64,000 bases of DNA, taken from positions 201,934,001 through 201,998,000 of the forward strand of contig NC_091288.1 of assembly GCF_032444005.1 (NCBI RefSeq), in the 5' to 3' direction. Numbering within the stretch: the first letter of the stretch is position 1; each line of letters begins with the position of its first letter. The notes under the pieces were generated by a model. That model saw only the letters and a program-made list of their open reading frames with translations, was not told where the DNA came from and did no database searches. Source of the DNA: Ranitomeya imitator (lineage: Eukaryota). Positions 40,171 to 56,900 of this stretch are shown in pieces. A program made the translations under genes and the position numbers.

Positions 40171-41161
40171 TTTCGAAGTCCGACAGCCGAGCAGGTGCGT
40201 TTGGAGGTCTGGCAGCAGGGCAGCGCATTTCGAGATCCAACAGCTGTGGAGGTGCGTTTCAAGATCCGACAGCCAACGAAGAGTATTTCGATGTCCGACA
40301 GCCGGGTAGATGTGCTTCGAGGTCCAGCAGCCGCGGCGGAGTGATTCGAGGTCCTGTCACGTAGATATATATCCAGTTAGTGCAGTGTACGGGGGAACAC
40401 AGGTGTTGGTTCTGCCCCGTATATATATATTTACAGTGTATACATTGTTTGCGGTGTATAGGGAACACAGCGCTACCGGGGCCTGGGGTGAAGGTGCCGC
40501 ATCTTTGGATACTCTGATGAGAGATCAGCTGGAACACGGAAAATAAGAAGTTAAATGGAGGAGACACGTCTGTGTACCTGATGTACGTAGATGTCTCTCC
40601 TCCATTTAACGTCCTATTTTCAAGGCTGAGCTTTCCCAAGGCTGCCCGCTCATTGTCTTATCACATGATCCTTTGGGGGATTTGAGTTTCCCGCTCATAA
40701 TCTCTGGAGGATTATTACCGGTCACTGCCGATAGCGGAGATCACAATCCGGTCACACCCGGAACAGCGCGGAGTCCTGTCCTCCAGAGCCGCCGCACACG
40801 GGATCGTCCTCCGAGAGAAGGCGCCGTCACTGATGTGGAGGAGAATCACCCGCCCGGTCCCGATACTCCGGGACCTGCTAACTACATGTAGACCTCAGCG
40901 CGGAGTATCAGACACTAATGAGGGGACATTTCCTGCGAGCTTGGCAGACGACACTCCCACCTGAGGGGTCTGAGACTTCATGTGGGATTGACCCATTCAT
41001 CTCCTATTATTCTGTGGATATGTGCACCAACAATGGCGGCAATGGTGTATGTACCATCAGCCTCATGTGAGGACCCCGAGATAGGCGGCGCCGGCTCTTG
41101 TGGTGACGGTGTGGGTGGCTCTTAGAAGAGCCTTTGGTTTTGTAGACATTGGCGGCAGCGC

Positions 41162-41623
<462 letters not shown>

Positions 41624-42131
41624 TTATATAGTCTGCTGCTCCGCCCTCCTCTCCTGTCATTGGATGACTCTGAAGCTGGCCAATGGGGAAGAGTCTTGAG
41701 GAACCGCCAATGAGCTGCCGAGGGCGGAGCCTATTATTGCTCCTTGCTCAAATTAGTTTCTCACCCAATAGAAAACGTTCGCTTTGGACCGAATAGATAA
41801 GGGGTGAAAACAGATATTTGTCTTGGAGCAGAAGGAAGTGCAGAAATATTCTGTTGATTTGTAGTTTGCACTTGTTGAATTTGTGTCTACTATCAGCCAT
41901 AAATTGCACTGACAGTCTGGTGGGTGAGGGGTTAATCCCTGTCAGTGCTTCTCCTCCGCTCCATCTGCACAGGAGGCGGCTCCTCACTCACCCGCTTATT
42001 ACCCTGTGTAGATTCCCTGTGGTGTCCGCGCTGATCCTATCACAGCCTGACTGAGACAAGTCTCCTATGTTCTGCCCGGAGCCTGATGTGACGCTGCCGG
42101 GTCCCGGGTGGGGGAAGTCGCCGCTTCTGTA

Positions 42132-42473
42132 TTGTATGATACAATATTGTTCTGCTCCAGGAAGACATCCAGGCCTCTCTTGAACCCCTCGACTGAGTTC
42201 GCCATCACCACCTCCTCAGGCAAGCAATTCCAGATTCTCACCGCCCTAACAGTAAAGAATCCTCTTCTATGTTGGTGGAAAAACCTTCTCTCCTCCAGAC
42301 GCAAAGAATGCCCCCTTGTGCCCGTGGCCTTGGTATAAACCTTGGTATAAACAGATCCTCAGCGAGATATTTCTATTGTCCCCTTATATACTTATACATG
42401 GTTATTAGATCGCCCCTCAGTCGTCTTTTTCTAGACTAAATAATCCTAATTTCGCTAATCTATCTGGGTATTG
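42132..42473 (-). mobile_element. CR1-family LINE fragment
   Basis: Copy of 722-1063. Confidence 0.88.
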
Positions 42474-43415
42474 TAGTTCTCAATACCCAGATAGTGGTAA
42501 TGTTCTGAGCAGGGACACTCCGCAATCTTCTACACATGATCGTACATTTCCCATCACAGAGGGATCTGCTGGGAAGGGCAGAATTGGTCTTCCCTGAAAT
42601 GTCTCTTGTAGGATATGTCCCTGACCAGTATATCGTCTGCACAGTACTGATTGTGACGGGAAAGGGACGATCTGATCGTCTCCAGGTCAGGCACACGGGC
42701 ACATCACAGCATGTGGAGAACACGAATCAGTCTCTATATCTATGAGTGGAAACAGGAGCGAATACTGCACCGCTAACCTGGAAATCTGCAGACTCCTGTG
42801 TGGGATGTAAGAGAGCAATGATCGCTCAACACAAGCAGATTTCCCGATATCGGTCCTGGGAGCACGTGTCATATGAAGACAAAGGACGGAAAAAAGCGGG
42901 AACTTTAAACTTTTTACCATTGGAAACATTAGCTCCTCCCTCTGCTGATTGGCTGAACACAGGACGGTTAGGGGGGTTTGAATTTCCCGCCGCTTCTAAA
43001 TGTAATGACGTCATTTACACTGTAAAAAGAATTCAATTAGGCTCTAGATCAACTCCACCGACCACCACAAATGGCTCCTGTTAACGGAGAAAGGAGAGTA
43101 ATGAACGAGACCCCAGAATGCCGAGATCTGTGCAGCAAGGGGTTAAATAAGTCCCTGAATACACATCAACTCACTGAGCAATGCCCAGATTATTCCTGAG
43201 GTTTTCTCACCATCTCCCTCGTCATCAGACGCAGAGCCCCGGGCGGTGCGAGCAGACACCTCGGGGAGACGGGAGAGGACACCGGAGCAGTGTGGGTGGC
43301 TCTTATAGTGAGGGTGTAGGTGGCTCTTATAGGGAGGGTGTGGGTGGCTCTTATAGGGAGGGTGTGGGTGGCTCTTAGAAGAGCCTTTGGGGTGAGGAGC
43401 GGAGCACGGANNNNN

Positions 43416-43892
<477 letters not shown>

Positions 43893-46800
43893 TCAGACCG
43901 CCGTGCTATTGGGTGATGATGTCATGTGACCAACGGGAACGTCAGACGCTCCGCCCACTGCAGCTGATTGGTGGTTCTCCAACTGATATTTCGCTTTTCA
44001 GCACCCTCCATATAGCGCTGTAAAACACGTATAATGCTGAATACATCTAAATAGTGCTGTGAAGCGCCATATACCGCAGTGCACCCTCATATAGTGCTCT
44101 ATGTGTTAATGTAGCTCTGTTTACCCTTCATGTGCTGCAGTATACTCCAATATAGTGCTGCTATTCATCTGTATAGTGCAGAGTGCCCCCATATACTGCA
44201 ACTTACTGACAAATGACTGTGCCACTTCCAGAGCTCGGCCGTCATGGCCCTGCAGGAGGCCAGCGAGGCTTATCTGCTGGGGAGTCTGGGGATGTACTAG
44301 ATTTTCTCGGCACCACCATCCGCATGTGGGGTGCTGCTGTAATCCCGTTCATTATCCTCATTTTTCCTCTGCACATTCCCACATCCAGCCAAGTGATCGC
44401 GGGGTCCAGTATACTCATCAGCATTGCCAATACTTCGATATGTAGCAAAGAAGGAGTGGTGTAAAAATTTGGGGGGCATTTTGAGGGCAACCCAAACGTT
44501 GTGCCCCACCAAAAAATGTCCCGGTTGACCCAAAACATTCTGAAAAAAATTACCACACACTCTTATAGTGTTCCTCTACACACCCTGAGAATTTGTGGTC
44601 GACAGACCCAAACCGGGCTTAGCAGTGACCTTGCGCAACACAGACTTCAATGGGCAGGGTCACTTTGGGGAGTCTCTGCTCAGCCCAGTTTGTGGCTATC
44701 ATCAACCCCAAATGTTCAGGGTGTGTAGCTCTAGTGGACCAGTGCTGTAAAAATTTAGGGGGCATTTTGAGATGACCCAAAACATATGCCCCTCCCCACC
44801 CCCAAACTTCTGAACAAATTACCCGACACTCTTGAATTGTTCCTCTACACACCCTGAACATTTGGGGTCGATGGGCACAAACTAGGCTGAGCAGTGACCC
44901 TGCGCGCGATAGGCTTCCATGGGCAGGGCAGCTTTGGGGGGTAACTGCTCAGCAGTCAGCACAGATTGGGGCTATCGACTTCAAATTTTCATAGTGTGTA
45001 GAGGAATAATTCATGAGTGTGGGCTATTTTTTTTCTGAATACCTTGCTCTATATACTGTACACACTGCTCTAGATATTGTACACTGCTCTATATACTGTA
45101 CACACTGCTCTATATATTGTATACTGCTCTATATACTGTACACTGATTTACATACTGTACCCTCTCCTGTATATACTGTACACACTGCTACTGTACACTC
45201 TGGTCTATATACTGTGTACTCTGCTGTATATACTGTACACACTGCTCTATATACTGTACGCTCTGGTCTATAATACTGTACACTGCTGTATATACTGTTC
45301 ACACTGCTCTATATACTGTACACTGCTCTAAATACTGTACACACTGCTCTATATACTGTATATACTGTATATATACTGTATATATTGCTGTATATATACT
45401 GTATATATACTGTATATATTGCTGTATATACTGTACAATCTGTTGCACAGTCTGTATACACTGCTGTATATACTGCATACTCTGCTCTATATACTGTACA
45501 CACGGCACTATGCTATACACTGCTCTATATACTGTACACTCTGGTCTATAAACTGGACACTGCTGTATATACTGTACTCTGCTTTATATACTGTACACAC
45601 TGTTGTATATACTGTAGACTCTCCTCTATTATCTGTGACACTTATTACACTGCTGATCTGGGCTGTGCAGATGTGATGTTGTGCACTATATATACTATAT
45701 ACAGCTGTGTTCTCTGTGTAGACGCTGGATTTTGTGTCTCCGCTTTTCTCCCAATATTCCCCTTTTGCACAACAGTGGGGGTCACATACATGCATGAATA
45801 TTTCAGTTTTCTCCCGAGATGTTCATGTGTTTGGTTGGGGAGTCGCGCTGTGCAGCTGTCGCCTCATCAGAGCTCTTCCCTCCATTACAGGCCGCAGCGG
45901 TCACAGCTTCACACTGGGTAAGACACGATATCAGGCAGGTGATTGCAATCAGCCCCCGATATGGATCATCTACTGATGTGGAACACGTGTCCCCCCAATA
46001 CTCTGCACATACGGGGTAGAGTGATATCACAGGTCAGGGAGGTGGCAGTCAGCGGAGGCCGTCGCCTGTGTTACCCTTCTGGGTTCTCAGCAGCTCCAGC
46101 TGGTCCCCACATCGTACAATCAGCTTCCTGTGCGATAGACACTGGAGTAAAGATCCCTGTGATGGTGACAAGAGCCGGGAATAGGAGGAACGAGCTCCCG
46201 CAGCAGATTTATCTACCCGGACACACAGTGATGTGCAGATCGGGAGGACGGCGGCGATAATCTCCGCAATTTCTAGGCGTTTCCACTAGTGACGGCTACA
46301 AACGGTCGGTGGAGATGATGGAGAAGGAGAAGCGACGGAGGAATCGCGCTCTGCTGTCCGGTGTTAGCCGGTAAAGGGTTTTTATCCCGGGCAGGGAAGC
46401 ACAAGGGGAGAGCGGAGCTTCACTACCTGCCAGCCCTTATGCCGAAGTGATCAGATTCTATTCTGTGTAATCCGCTCATGTAACCAATATTGGCGGAGGC
46501 TGCGGGGAGTTATAGATTTCATGTCTTATAAAAGCAGCTCAGCGGGTTATCGATTGTGCAGAGGTGTCAGTATGTGCATGTATATATGTGTATGTACATA
46601 CCCCATACACCCTTGTATCATTTACCAAATAGTACCGTAACAATGAACAGCATCAGCGGTTCCAGCTCCATAATGCAAACAGGGGGCAGCACAATAAGAT
46701 GGGGGCAAACACCAGTATATGTCAGGACTCGGGAGACTTAATGTTAGTCAGATAGGAGCTCTGCACTTCCGCAGCCATTTAATCTCATTCAATGAGCCAC

Positions 46801-49800
46801 CACCTCCTCCCCGCAGAGCTGTATGATCAGTGCCACCACCTTCTCCCAACAGAGCTGTATGATCAGTGCCACCACCTCCTCCTCGCAGAGCTGTATGATC
46901 AGTGCCACCACCTCCTCCCCGCAGAGCTGTATGATCAGAGCAACCACCTTCTCCCCACAGAGCTGTATGATCAGTGCCATCACCCACTCCCCGCAGAGCT
47001 GTATGATCAGTGCCACCACCTCCTCGCAGAGCTGTATGATCAGTGCCACCACCTCCTCCCCACGGAACTGTATGATCAGTGCCACCGCCTCCTCCCCGCA
47101 GAGCTGTATGATCAGTGCCACCACCTCCTCCCCGCAGAGCTGTATGATCAGTGCCACCACCTCCTCCTCCCTGCAGAGCTGTATGATCAGTGCCACCACC
47201 TCCTCCTCCCCGCAGAGCTGTATGATCAGTGCCACCACCTCCTCCTCCCCGCAGAGCTGTATGATCAGTGCCACTACCTCCTCCCCGCAGAGCTGTATGA
47301 TCAGAGCAACCACTTCCTCCCCAGCAGAGCTATATGATCAGTGCCACCACCTTCTCCCCACAGAGCTGTATGATCAGTGCCACCACCTTCTCCCCTTCAT
47401 TGTCTGTTCTAGTTATATGGAGATAATGGTCCTTGTATGCAATGTCCAGTAATGATTCCCGAGAGCAGCAGACGCTCCCTGAGGACCCATCTATGCCCAG
47501 CAGAGGACACTCATAGCCAGAGACCGGTACCGGGAGTTCCCTCTCCTCACGCTGCAGAACAGCAGAGCGGGCTGGGGACTAGTGACCGGTGTCACCCGCA
47601 CTCAGAGCAGCCTGCAGCTGAAGGAGGAATCCCCCCTAACAAGGAATGTGCCAGTGACACCCTGACAGCGGAGAAAGGACAGGCAGAACACGCAGCAGCC
47701 GGGACTCTCCTCGCTGCGAGCTCCGGTACACAGAGGGGGGCAGGAAGTTCCGGGCTCAGGAGACGGGGACATCACCTGCCATGGGGTGTAAGGGGATGAT
47801 CTGTAGCGCTGCATCTAATTATTGGGGGAAGCTCATTATCACTTACCAGACGCATTCAGGTGACATTAATGAGCCGCAGGCAGCGAGGCCGCCGAGTACT
47901 GTCCTCAATGGGGAGCAGCATTATAACAATGAGAATAACTTGCCCCCACTGTGATTTTCTTGTTATACGAATTGACGGTTTACTTTATTTTAATAACACT
48001 TGTATTGCAAATGACAGAGATCATAAAACTTAGATATAACCTGTTTCTTCATATGAAGATTTACATTCACAGAACATTTATTATCTTCCCGTAGAAGATA
48101 ATGACAACAGCTTAGATGGATAAAACCATAAGCAATGGAGAAAGAACACAGAGAAAGAATTCCAAAACCTGTCATTCCTCAGTTGCTGGAGCTGTAGAAT
48201 GATGGGCTGCACAGATTTTAGAGGATCATCTCTTCATTGTAATAGCTGAATCATTGGAATAGTGATATCCAGCAGGAGACATATGTCAGGACTAATAGTA
48301 ACAATGCAACAATGAGGCAGACTGAGGTGTGCACTGACTTGCAGAGAAGCAGCAGTAGTCTGAAGAAGCTGACAATTAAGAACAGCTGTGTACAACCATC
48401 TCCTATCTGTAAGCCGCTAGGAAATTAATTGTTAAACACTTATCTGCTTTTGGAGGCAAAAGAAGACGCTAAATGCTCCTGAGTAACCTCATATCTTGTA
48501 TTTTACTAACATGTTTTTCTTTTCCCTTATTTAGGCTATTCAATTTTAGTTACCATATTACATTTCTCCTGTAACTCTGACCTGCTTGGACTGTTGTCTT
48601 TTCCTACACTTTTATCATATTTGATCCTTTTTCTTACCCTATTAAAATTTATATTTACCGTCCCTCTTTTATTTATGTCTGATATAAAACTGTTTGTGTG
48701 TATTGATTATACTTTAAAAAACAAAAAAAACTACAAATCGCTCTGAGTTCAGTGGCTTTTTATTCCAGCTCTTGCTCCATGGATCGTCCGATACTTTGTG
48801 GTCTCGTATTAATTGAAGTTTATGATTCTCACTTTGTTTCTCCAAAGAAAACATTTATTTATTAAATGACTCCACGGTGATTTGGAAGGTGATTACAGGA
48901 GATTGCTGTTGGTGGACTTTATATCACATCACAAGAAGCTGCGGAAACTACAACAAGCGGGAAATTCAAAATTCCTACCCGCCCTGTGTGCAGCCAATCT
49001 GCAGAGGAAGGGGAGGGGCTAACGTTAACCGTTTAGGAACGTGGAGTTCCCGCTGAGTGGCTGATGAATTTTCCGTTTTTTGTCTTTCTGTAGTTTCAGG
49101 ACGATCAGATGTCCGAAAAGTGTTTGTGTGGAGCGATCAATGGTCACTTGTGTCCCATACAGGAGTTTATATATTTCCAGGATCAAGGGAGAAGTATCCG
49201 CTTTCTATAATAGAAGGTGCAGAACTTTGCGACTATAGTGACTCCATCAGACCAGCAATATTCAGTGCAGGGAATATACAGAAACGAGGTCATGCAGATT
49301 AGAAACAATCTTAAAATTGGGGTGGGGAGTCTAAAATGCTGATTAATGTTATCTAGGGAAACCTACTATAGAACTGTAAACTCCTGCAGTGAGAAGAATA
49401 ACAGGAAATATCGCAGAGTAGATGGGCGCCCTGTATGGTCACATATGAGCATTCTTGCCGCATCCAGTCCCATCACACATCAATATCTTTGCGGATTATT
49501 CTAGTATTGGTCCTGATCAGGGCGCACAGGGAAGAGGGGATGAGATTATTACATTTCCGCATATATGTATTTACTCCCCCACACACTGCAGACTGAGCCG
49601 CGAGTGACCCAGAGACCAGATGTTACCGAGCACAAGTGATCCCTCCGGGCATAATTATATGTGAGGAATGAGCTCGTCTTGAGGGAGGATTTAGTGGCTC
49701 TGAAAAGAGCCTTTGTGTTGTGGTCGGTGCCGGGGCAGATCTAAGCTCTCTCCCCACGGATCCGGCGGGCTTGGGAAAACCAGGTTTGTCTTTCTAGGTC

Positions 49801-50046
49801 AAAATATTGGAAAAGACTCTGGTCCCAGATCACACACTGCGGGCACATCCCAGAATCTGGATAATGCGGCTTCATTCCTTCGACCGGGAACCCAAAGCAT
49901 TAGTGGCTCAGTAAAGGTTCTAAACGATATATTAACTTTAAAACCACCAGGAACAAGAGCGCAGGAATAGGAAGGTGCAGCCTCTCACTGAGATGTGGGT
50001 GGCTCTGAAAAGAGCCTTTGGGTTGTGAGGACAGAAGAGAACACAA

Positions 50047-50409
<363 letters not shown>

Positions 50410-51634
50410 TTATATAGAGAGTGAGCGGACCGGAGCGAGAACTGTACAGATGACGCGTTTCCGGGGCGAGATTTCTGGTACTGAATTTGCAGTTAGCCCC
50501 TCCCTTTAGTCTCTGATTGGTTGAGCACAGAACAGTTGCTAATTTTGAATTTCCCGCTTATTGTGCTCTTATTTCCCCGCTTCTCTATTCTTCTCATCTC
50601 GGCGCCGCTGCTAGATCTGTTGGTTATTTCGATTTTTTTTCATTGTTATTTATGTTGCTAGTTTCCAGCTTCTGCCAAATGTTAGCTAGTAGAATAAAAA
50701 ATATATTCTAGGGACAATAATCTACAGAAAACTCGTGATCCCCGGCAGTCACTCATCATTACACGTGGTGCCGGACTGGCGGCCATTACCGGTCCCTCAG
50801 AGCAGGGAGCTGCATGTAACCAGTCACCCTGCGGCTCCAGCCCTGGAGAAGATGGGAAAAGTCAAATATACGAGAATTGCTTAACGACCCACCCACCACA
50901 AATGCGACCATCGCAGCACACGGGGGAGGGATCTGCTCAGACCAGTGTCAGGCAGAATAGATCACATAAAGGCGTCATCACCGATCTGAGGGACAAATGA
51001 GGTTATTAACAGAAACTAAGCGCAGAGATCTCCGATCCGAACAAAAGAGAACAACCTAAAGCCGCAAGACTGAGGAGGCGGCACTAGGACCCAGCGCGTG
51101 AGACAGCAGATTGTGATCGGTTATGATCCTCAGGAGCGCGAGCAGCAAATGAGCGGGAATTTCAAATCCACCAGCGGATCGGTAAATGACCACAAAACAT
51201 CAGCATAAAGAACCGTTCTCAGGAACCGACCAATCACCGATTACTTTTACTCCATTAACTCAATAGTGACCGCGTTCCTGCAGATCCACCCCATTTACGT
51301 CTGCACTGTATAGGAACCGCACATCCACCACCGCAAACCCGGTTGTGCACTGTACACACTTTACGCGGTCCTTATAACACGTCGGTTTTGTTATAGATGT
51401 CGGACACTTTTGGACTGGGCGAGAATAGAGAATGTGCAGAGCGATAACCAATATCGCTGATCACCTGCAATATCGGAAGCAGCAGCCTCCGTCCATTTAA
51501 CTGATCGACCGTGCCTGCGCTTCGTACACGGAGAATACGCGCAGAAAAGGGACTGCTCAGGAATCGGCTCATTTGGGAGAGACTTTGGTGGCTCTGAAAA
51601 GAGCCTTTGTGTTGTGGTCGCAGCCGGGGCAGAT

Positions 51635-52234
<600 letters not shown>

Positions 52235-52451
52235 CTAATCCCGCCCCTGAAGTCCCCGCCTCTTCCGTGATGCGTCTGTCCTCAGATCACTCATTTGCCG
52301 CTTGCTGGAGCAGCTGATGTATTTGCGTTCAAATGTCCCCGTGTATAGCGCTGTACAGTGCAGCTCCCGCAATATCGACAGATCACACAAACCCCCCATC
52401 CTGAGACTGCGCCCAGCATCAGTTATATTACAAACATTAGAAGTCCGAGAA

Positions 52452-53282
52452 CTAATCATACAGCTCTGCGGGGAGGAGGCGGTGGCACTGATCATACAGC
52501 TCTGTGGGGAGGAGGTGGTGGCTCTGATCATACAGCTCTGTGGGGAGAAGGTGGTTGCTCTGATCATACAGCTCTGCGGGGAGGAGGTAGTGGCACTGAT
52601 AATACAGCTCTGCGGGGAGGAGGTAGTGGCACTGATCATACAGCTCTGTGGGGAGAAGGTGGTTGCTCTGATCATACAGCTCTGCGAGGAGGAGGTGATG
52701 GCACTGATCATACAGCTCTGCGGGGAGGAGGTGGTGGCACTGATCATACAGCTCTGCGGGGAGGAGGTGGTGGCTCTGATCATACAGCTCTGTGGGGAGA
52801 GGTGGTGGCACTGATCATACAGCTCTGCTGGGGAGGAGGTGGTTGCTCTGATCATACAGCTCTGCGGGGAGGAGGTAGTGGCACTGATCATACAGCTCTG
52901 CGGGGAGGAGGTAGTGGCTCTGATCATACAGCTCTGCGGGGAGAATGTGATGGCTCTGATCATACAGCTCTGCTGGGGAGGAGGTGGTGGCTCTGATCAT
53001 ACAGCTCTGTGGGGAGAAGGTGGTTGCTCTGATCATACAGCTCTGCGGGGAGGAGGTAGTGGCACTGATAATACAGCTCTGCGGGGAGGAGGTGGTGGCA
53101 CTGATCATACAGCCCTGTGGGGAGGAGGTAGTGGCACTGATCATACAGCTCTGCGGGGAGGAGGTGGTGGCACTGATCATACAGCTCTGCGGGGAGTGGG
53201 TGATGGCACTGATCATACAGCTCTGCTGGGAGGAGGTGTTGGCACTGATCATACAGCTCTGCGGGGAGGAGGTGGTGGCTCT
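52452..53282 (-). repeat. 36-bp minisatellite, contracted (about 23 copies)
   Basis: About 830 bp in unit 3 versus about 1550 bp in units 1 and 2. Confidence 0.95.
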
Positions 53283-53320
53283 TATAAGAGCCTTTGTGGT
53301 ATCAGAACAGGGGCTGCAGC

Positions 53321-53959
53321 TTATTTCTTAGCCGCGGGCTTCTTGGCTTTCGCAGCCTTCTTAGCCGGACTCTTGGCGGGTTTGGCCGCCTTCTTAGCCG
53401 GACTCTTCGTCACCTTCTTGGGCTTGGGAGCGGCTTTCGGCTTTTTGGGGCTCTTGGCCGCTTTCTTGGCAGCTGCGGGCTTCTTGGCCTTTTTCGGGCT
53501 CTTCTTGGCCGCGGTCGGAGCCTTCTTGGGCTTCTTCGGAGATTTGGCGGCTTTCTTGGCAGCAGCGGGTTTCTTAGGTTTGGCCGCAGCTGCTGGCTTC
53601 TTCTTGGCCACTTTGTCCTTCGTCTCCTGCTTCTTGTTCAGCTTGAAGGACCCGGAGGCGCCGCTGCCCTTCACCTGGAGGAGGGCGCCCTTGGTGACCA
53701 GAGACCTGACGGCCAGCTTCAGGCGGCTGTTGTTCTTCTCTACATCGTATCCTCCGGCAGACAGAGCCTTCTTCAGGGCGGCCAGAGACACCCCGCTGCG
53801 CTCCTTGGAGGCGGACACGGCTTTCACGATCAGCTCGGAGACGCTGGGGCCGGAGGGTTTATTGCTCTTCTTGGCAGCAGATTTCTTCGGCTGCTTCTTG
53901 GATTTGGCGGCCGGTTCTGCGGGAGGGGGAGCGGCGGCTGGCGCGGTCTCTGCCATCAT
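53321..53959 (-). CDS. H1: Linker histone H1, intact (212 aa)
   Basis: Ends ...[18 protein letters not shown]; has LAVRSL where units 1 and 2 have LAVKSL. Confidence 0.97.
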   Translation of the reverse strand: MMAETAPAAAPPPAEPAAKSKKQPKKSAAKKSNKPSGPSVSELIVKAVSASKERSGVSLAALKKALSAGGYDVEKNNSRLKLAVRSLVTKGALLQVKGSGASGSFKLNKKQETKDKVAKKKPAAAAKPKKPAAAKKAAKSPKKPKKAPTAAKKSPKKAKKPAAAKKAAKSPKKPKAAPKPKKVTKSPAKKAAKPAKSPAKKAAKAKKPAAKK

Positions 53960-56900
53960 GTGCTGCGGAAAAACAAAATGAAAATATTTCCTGATAGGAA
54001 GGAAAACACTGAGGCCGGAGCTGGAGGCGCCTGTTATATGTACAGGCTTACTGCGCACTGATTGGCTGCTGAGCTGCACCGTTCTGAGCTTCTATTGGCT
54101 GACACTGGACATAAACCCCGCCTCCTCCCAGCTGAGTCCGGGTGAAGCACCGCTCTCTCCTTGTGCTTCCCTGCCCGGGATAAAAGCCCTTTACCGGCTA
54201 ACACCGGACAGCAGAGCGCGCTTCCTCCATCGCCTCTCCTTCTCCAACATCTCCACCGGCCATTTGTAGCCGTCACTAGCAGAGATGCCGGGAAAGAGCG
54301 GAGAACAAATCCCGGGATCATCGCCGCCGTCCTCCCGATCTGCACCTCACTGTGTACCGGGGAGATAAATCTGCTGCGGGAGCTCGTTCCTCCTATTCCC
54401 GGCTCTTGTCACCATCACAGGGATCTTTACTCCAATGTCTATCGTACAGGGAGCTGATTGTACGATGTGGGGACGAGCTGGAGCTGCTGAGAACCCAGAA
54501 GGGTAACACAGGCGACGGCCTCCGCTGACTGCCACCTCCCTGACCTGTGGTGTCACTGTACCCCGTATGTGCAGAGGATTGGGGGGACACGTGTTCCACA
54601 TCAGTAGATGATCCACATCGGTGGCTGAGTGCAATCACCTGCCTGATATCTTGTCTTAGTGGTGGGAAAGAGCTCTGATGAGGCGACAGCTGCACAGTGC
54701 GACTCCCCAACCAAACACATGAACATCTCAGGGGAGAAAACTGAAATATTAACGGATGTATATGACCCCCACTATTATGCAAAAGGGGAATATTGGGAGA
54801 AGAGCGGAGACACAAAATCCAGCGTCTACACAGAGAACACAGCTGTATATAGTATATATAGTGCACAGCATCACATCTGCACAGCCCAGATCAGCAGTGT
54901 AATAAGTGCCACTGATAATAGAGGAGAGGGTACAGTATATACAGCAGAGTGTACAGTATATAGAGCAGTGTATAGTATATACAGCAGTGTACAGTATATA
55001 GAGCAGTGTATAGTATAGTGCGGTGTGTACAGTATATAGAGCGGTGTGTGCAGTATATACAGCAGAGTACACTGTATGTAGACCAGAGTGTACAGTATAT
55101 ACAGCAGAGTACACAGTATATAGACCAGAGTGTACAGTATACAGAGCAGTGTGTGCAGTATATGCAGCAGAGTACACAGTATATAGAGCAGTGTACAGTA
55201 TATACAGCAGTGTACAGTATTTACAGCAATGTACAGTAAATAGACCAGAGTGTACAGTATATAGAGCAGTGTACAGTAGTGCGGTGTGTGCAGTATATAG
55301 AGCAGAGTATACAGTATATACAGCAGAGTACAGTATATAGAGCAGAGTGCACAGTATAAAGAGCTGTGTGTACAGTATATACAGGAGAGGGTACAGTACA
55401 TAGAGCAGTGTGTACAGTATATAGAGCACTGTACACAGTATATACAGCAGTGTGTACAGTATGTAGAGGAGAGTGTAGAGTATGTACAGCAGTGTGTACA
55501 GTATATAGATCATTGTGTGCATTATATAGAGCAAAGCGTTCAGTATATAGAGCAGTGTGCAGTATAGTGCGGTGTATATAGAGCAGTGTATACAGTATAC
55601 TATTATTATTTTTTTATATAGCACCATTGATTCCATGGTGCTGTACATGAGCGGTGACCTCCCAAAGTGTAGAGGAACAATTCAAGAGTGTGGGGTACTT
55701 ATTTCAGAATTCGGGGGGGGGGGGGGGGGGTTAACGGCCCGGGGGGGGGGGCATTTTTTTGAGGGGCATTACTTGTGGGCAAGGTCAATTTGGGGGGTCA
55801 CAGCTCAACCCGGTTTTGGGCTATCAACCCCAAATTTTCAGGGTGTGTAGAGTACCCCTAGCGAACCAATAGTGTAAAAAATTGAGGGTGGCACTTTGAG
55901 GGCACCCCAAAACTAATGCCCCCCCACCCCCAAAAAAAAAAAAAAAAAAAAAAAATGCCCCCCTCCCATTAACCTAAAAATTCTGAAAAAAAAAATAGCC
56001 CAACTAATGAATTGTTCCTCTACACACTATGAAAATTTGACGTCGATAGCCCCAATCTGGGCTGAGCAGTTACCCCCCAAAGCTGCCCTGCCCATTGAAG
56101 CCTATCGCGCGCAGGGTCACTGCCCAGCCTGGTTTGTGCCTACCGACCCCACATTTTCAGGGTGTGTAGAGGAACAATTCAAGAGTGTCGGGTAATTTGT
56201 TCAGAAGTTTGGGGGTCGGGAAGGGGGGCATATTTTTGGGGTGATCTCAAAATGCCCCCCACATTTTTGCAGCACTGGTCCACTAGAGCTATGGGTACGC
56301 TACACACCCTGAAAATGTGTGGTTGATAGCCACAAACAGGGCTGAGCAGAGACTCCCCAAAGTGACCCTGCCCATTGAAGTCTATGGTGCGCAAGGTCAC
56401 TGCTCAGCCCGATTTGGGTCTGTCGACCACAAATTCTCAGGGTGTGTAGAGGAACACTTTAAGAGTGTGTGGTAATTTTTTTCAGAATGTTTTGGGTCAA
56501 CCGGGGCATTTTTTGGTGGGGCACAACGTTTGGGTTGCCCTCAAAAGCCCCCCAAAGTTTTACACCACACCTCCTTTGCTACATATCGAAGTATTGGCAA
56601 TGCTGATGAGTATACTGGACCCCGCGATCACTTGGCTGGATGTGGGAATGTGCAGAGGAAAAATGAGGATAATGAACGGGATTACAGCAGCACCCCACAT
56701 GCGGATGGTGGTGCCGAGAAAATCTAGTACATCAGCCTCATTCTGGAGAGGTGCTGACATGAAGGATTGATCAGCTCTCCGTGAGAGAGAGCGAGAAAGA
56801 AAGAGAGAGAGAAAGCCTGATGTGACGCTACCGGGTCTCGGGTGGGGGAAGTCGCCGGTTCTGTAAAGCGAGTGTGTAGTGGGGGTCAGCACACACACGG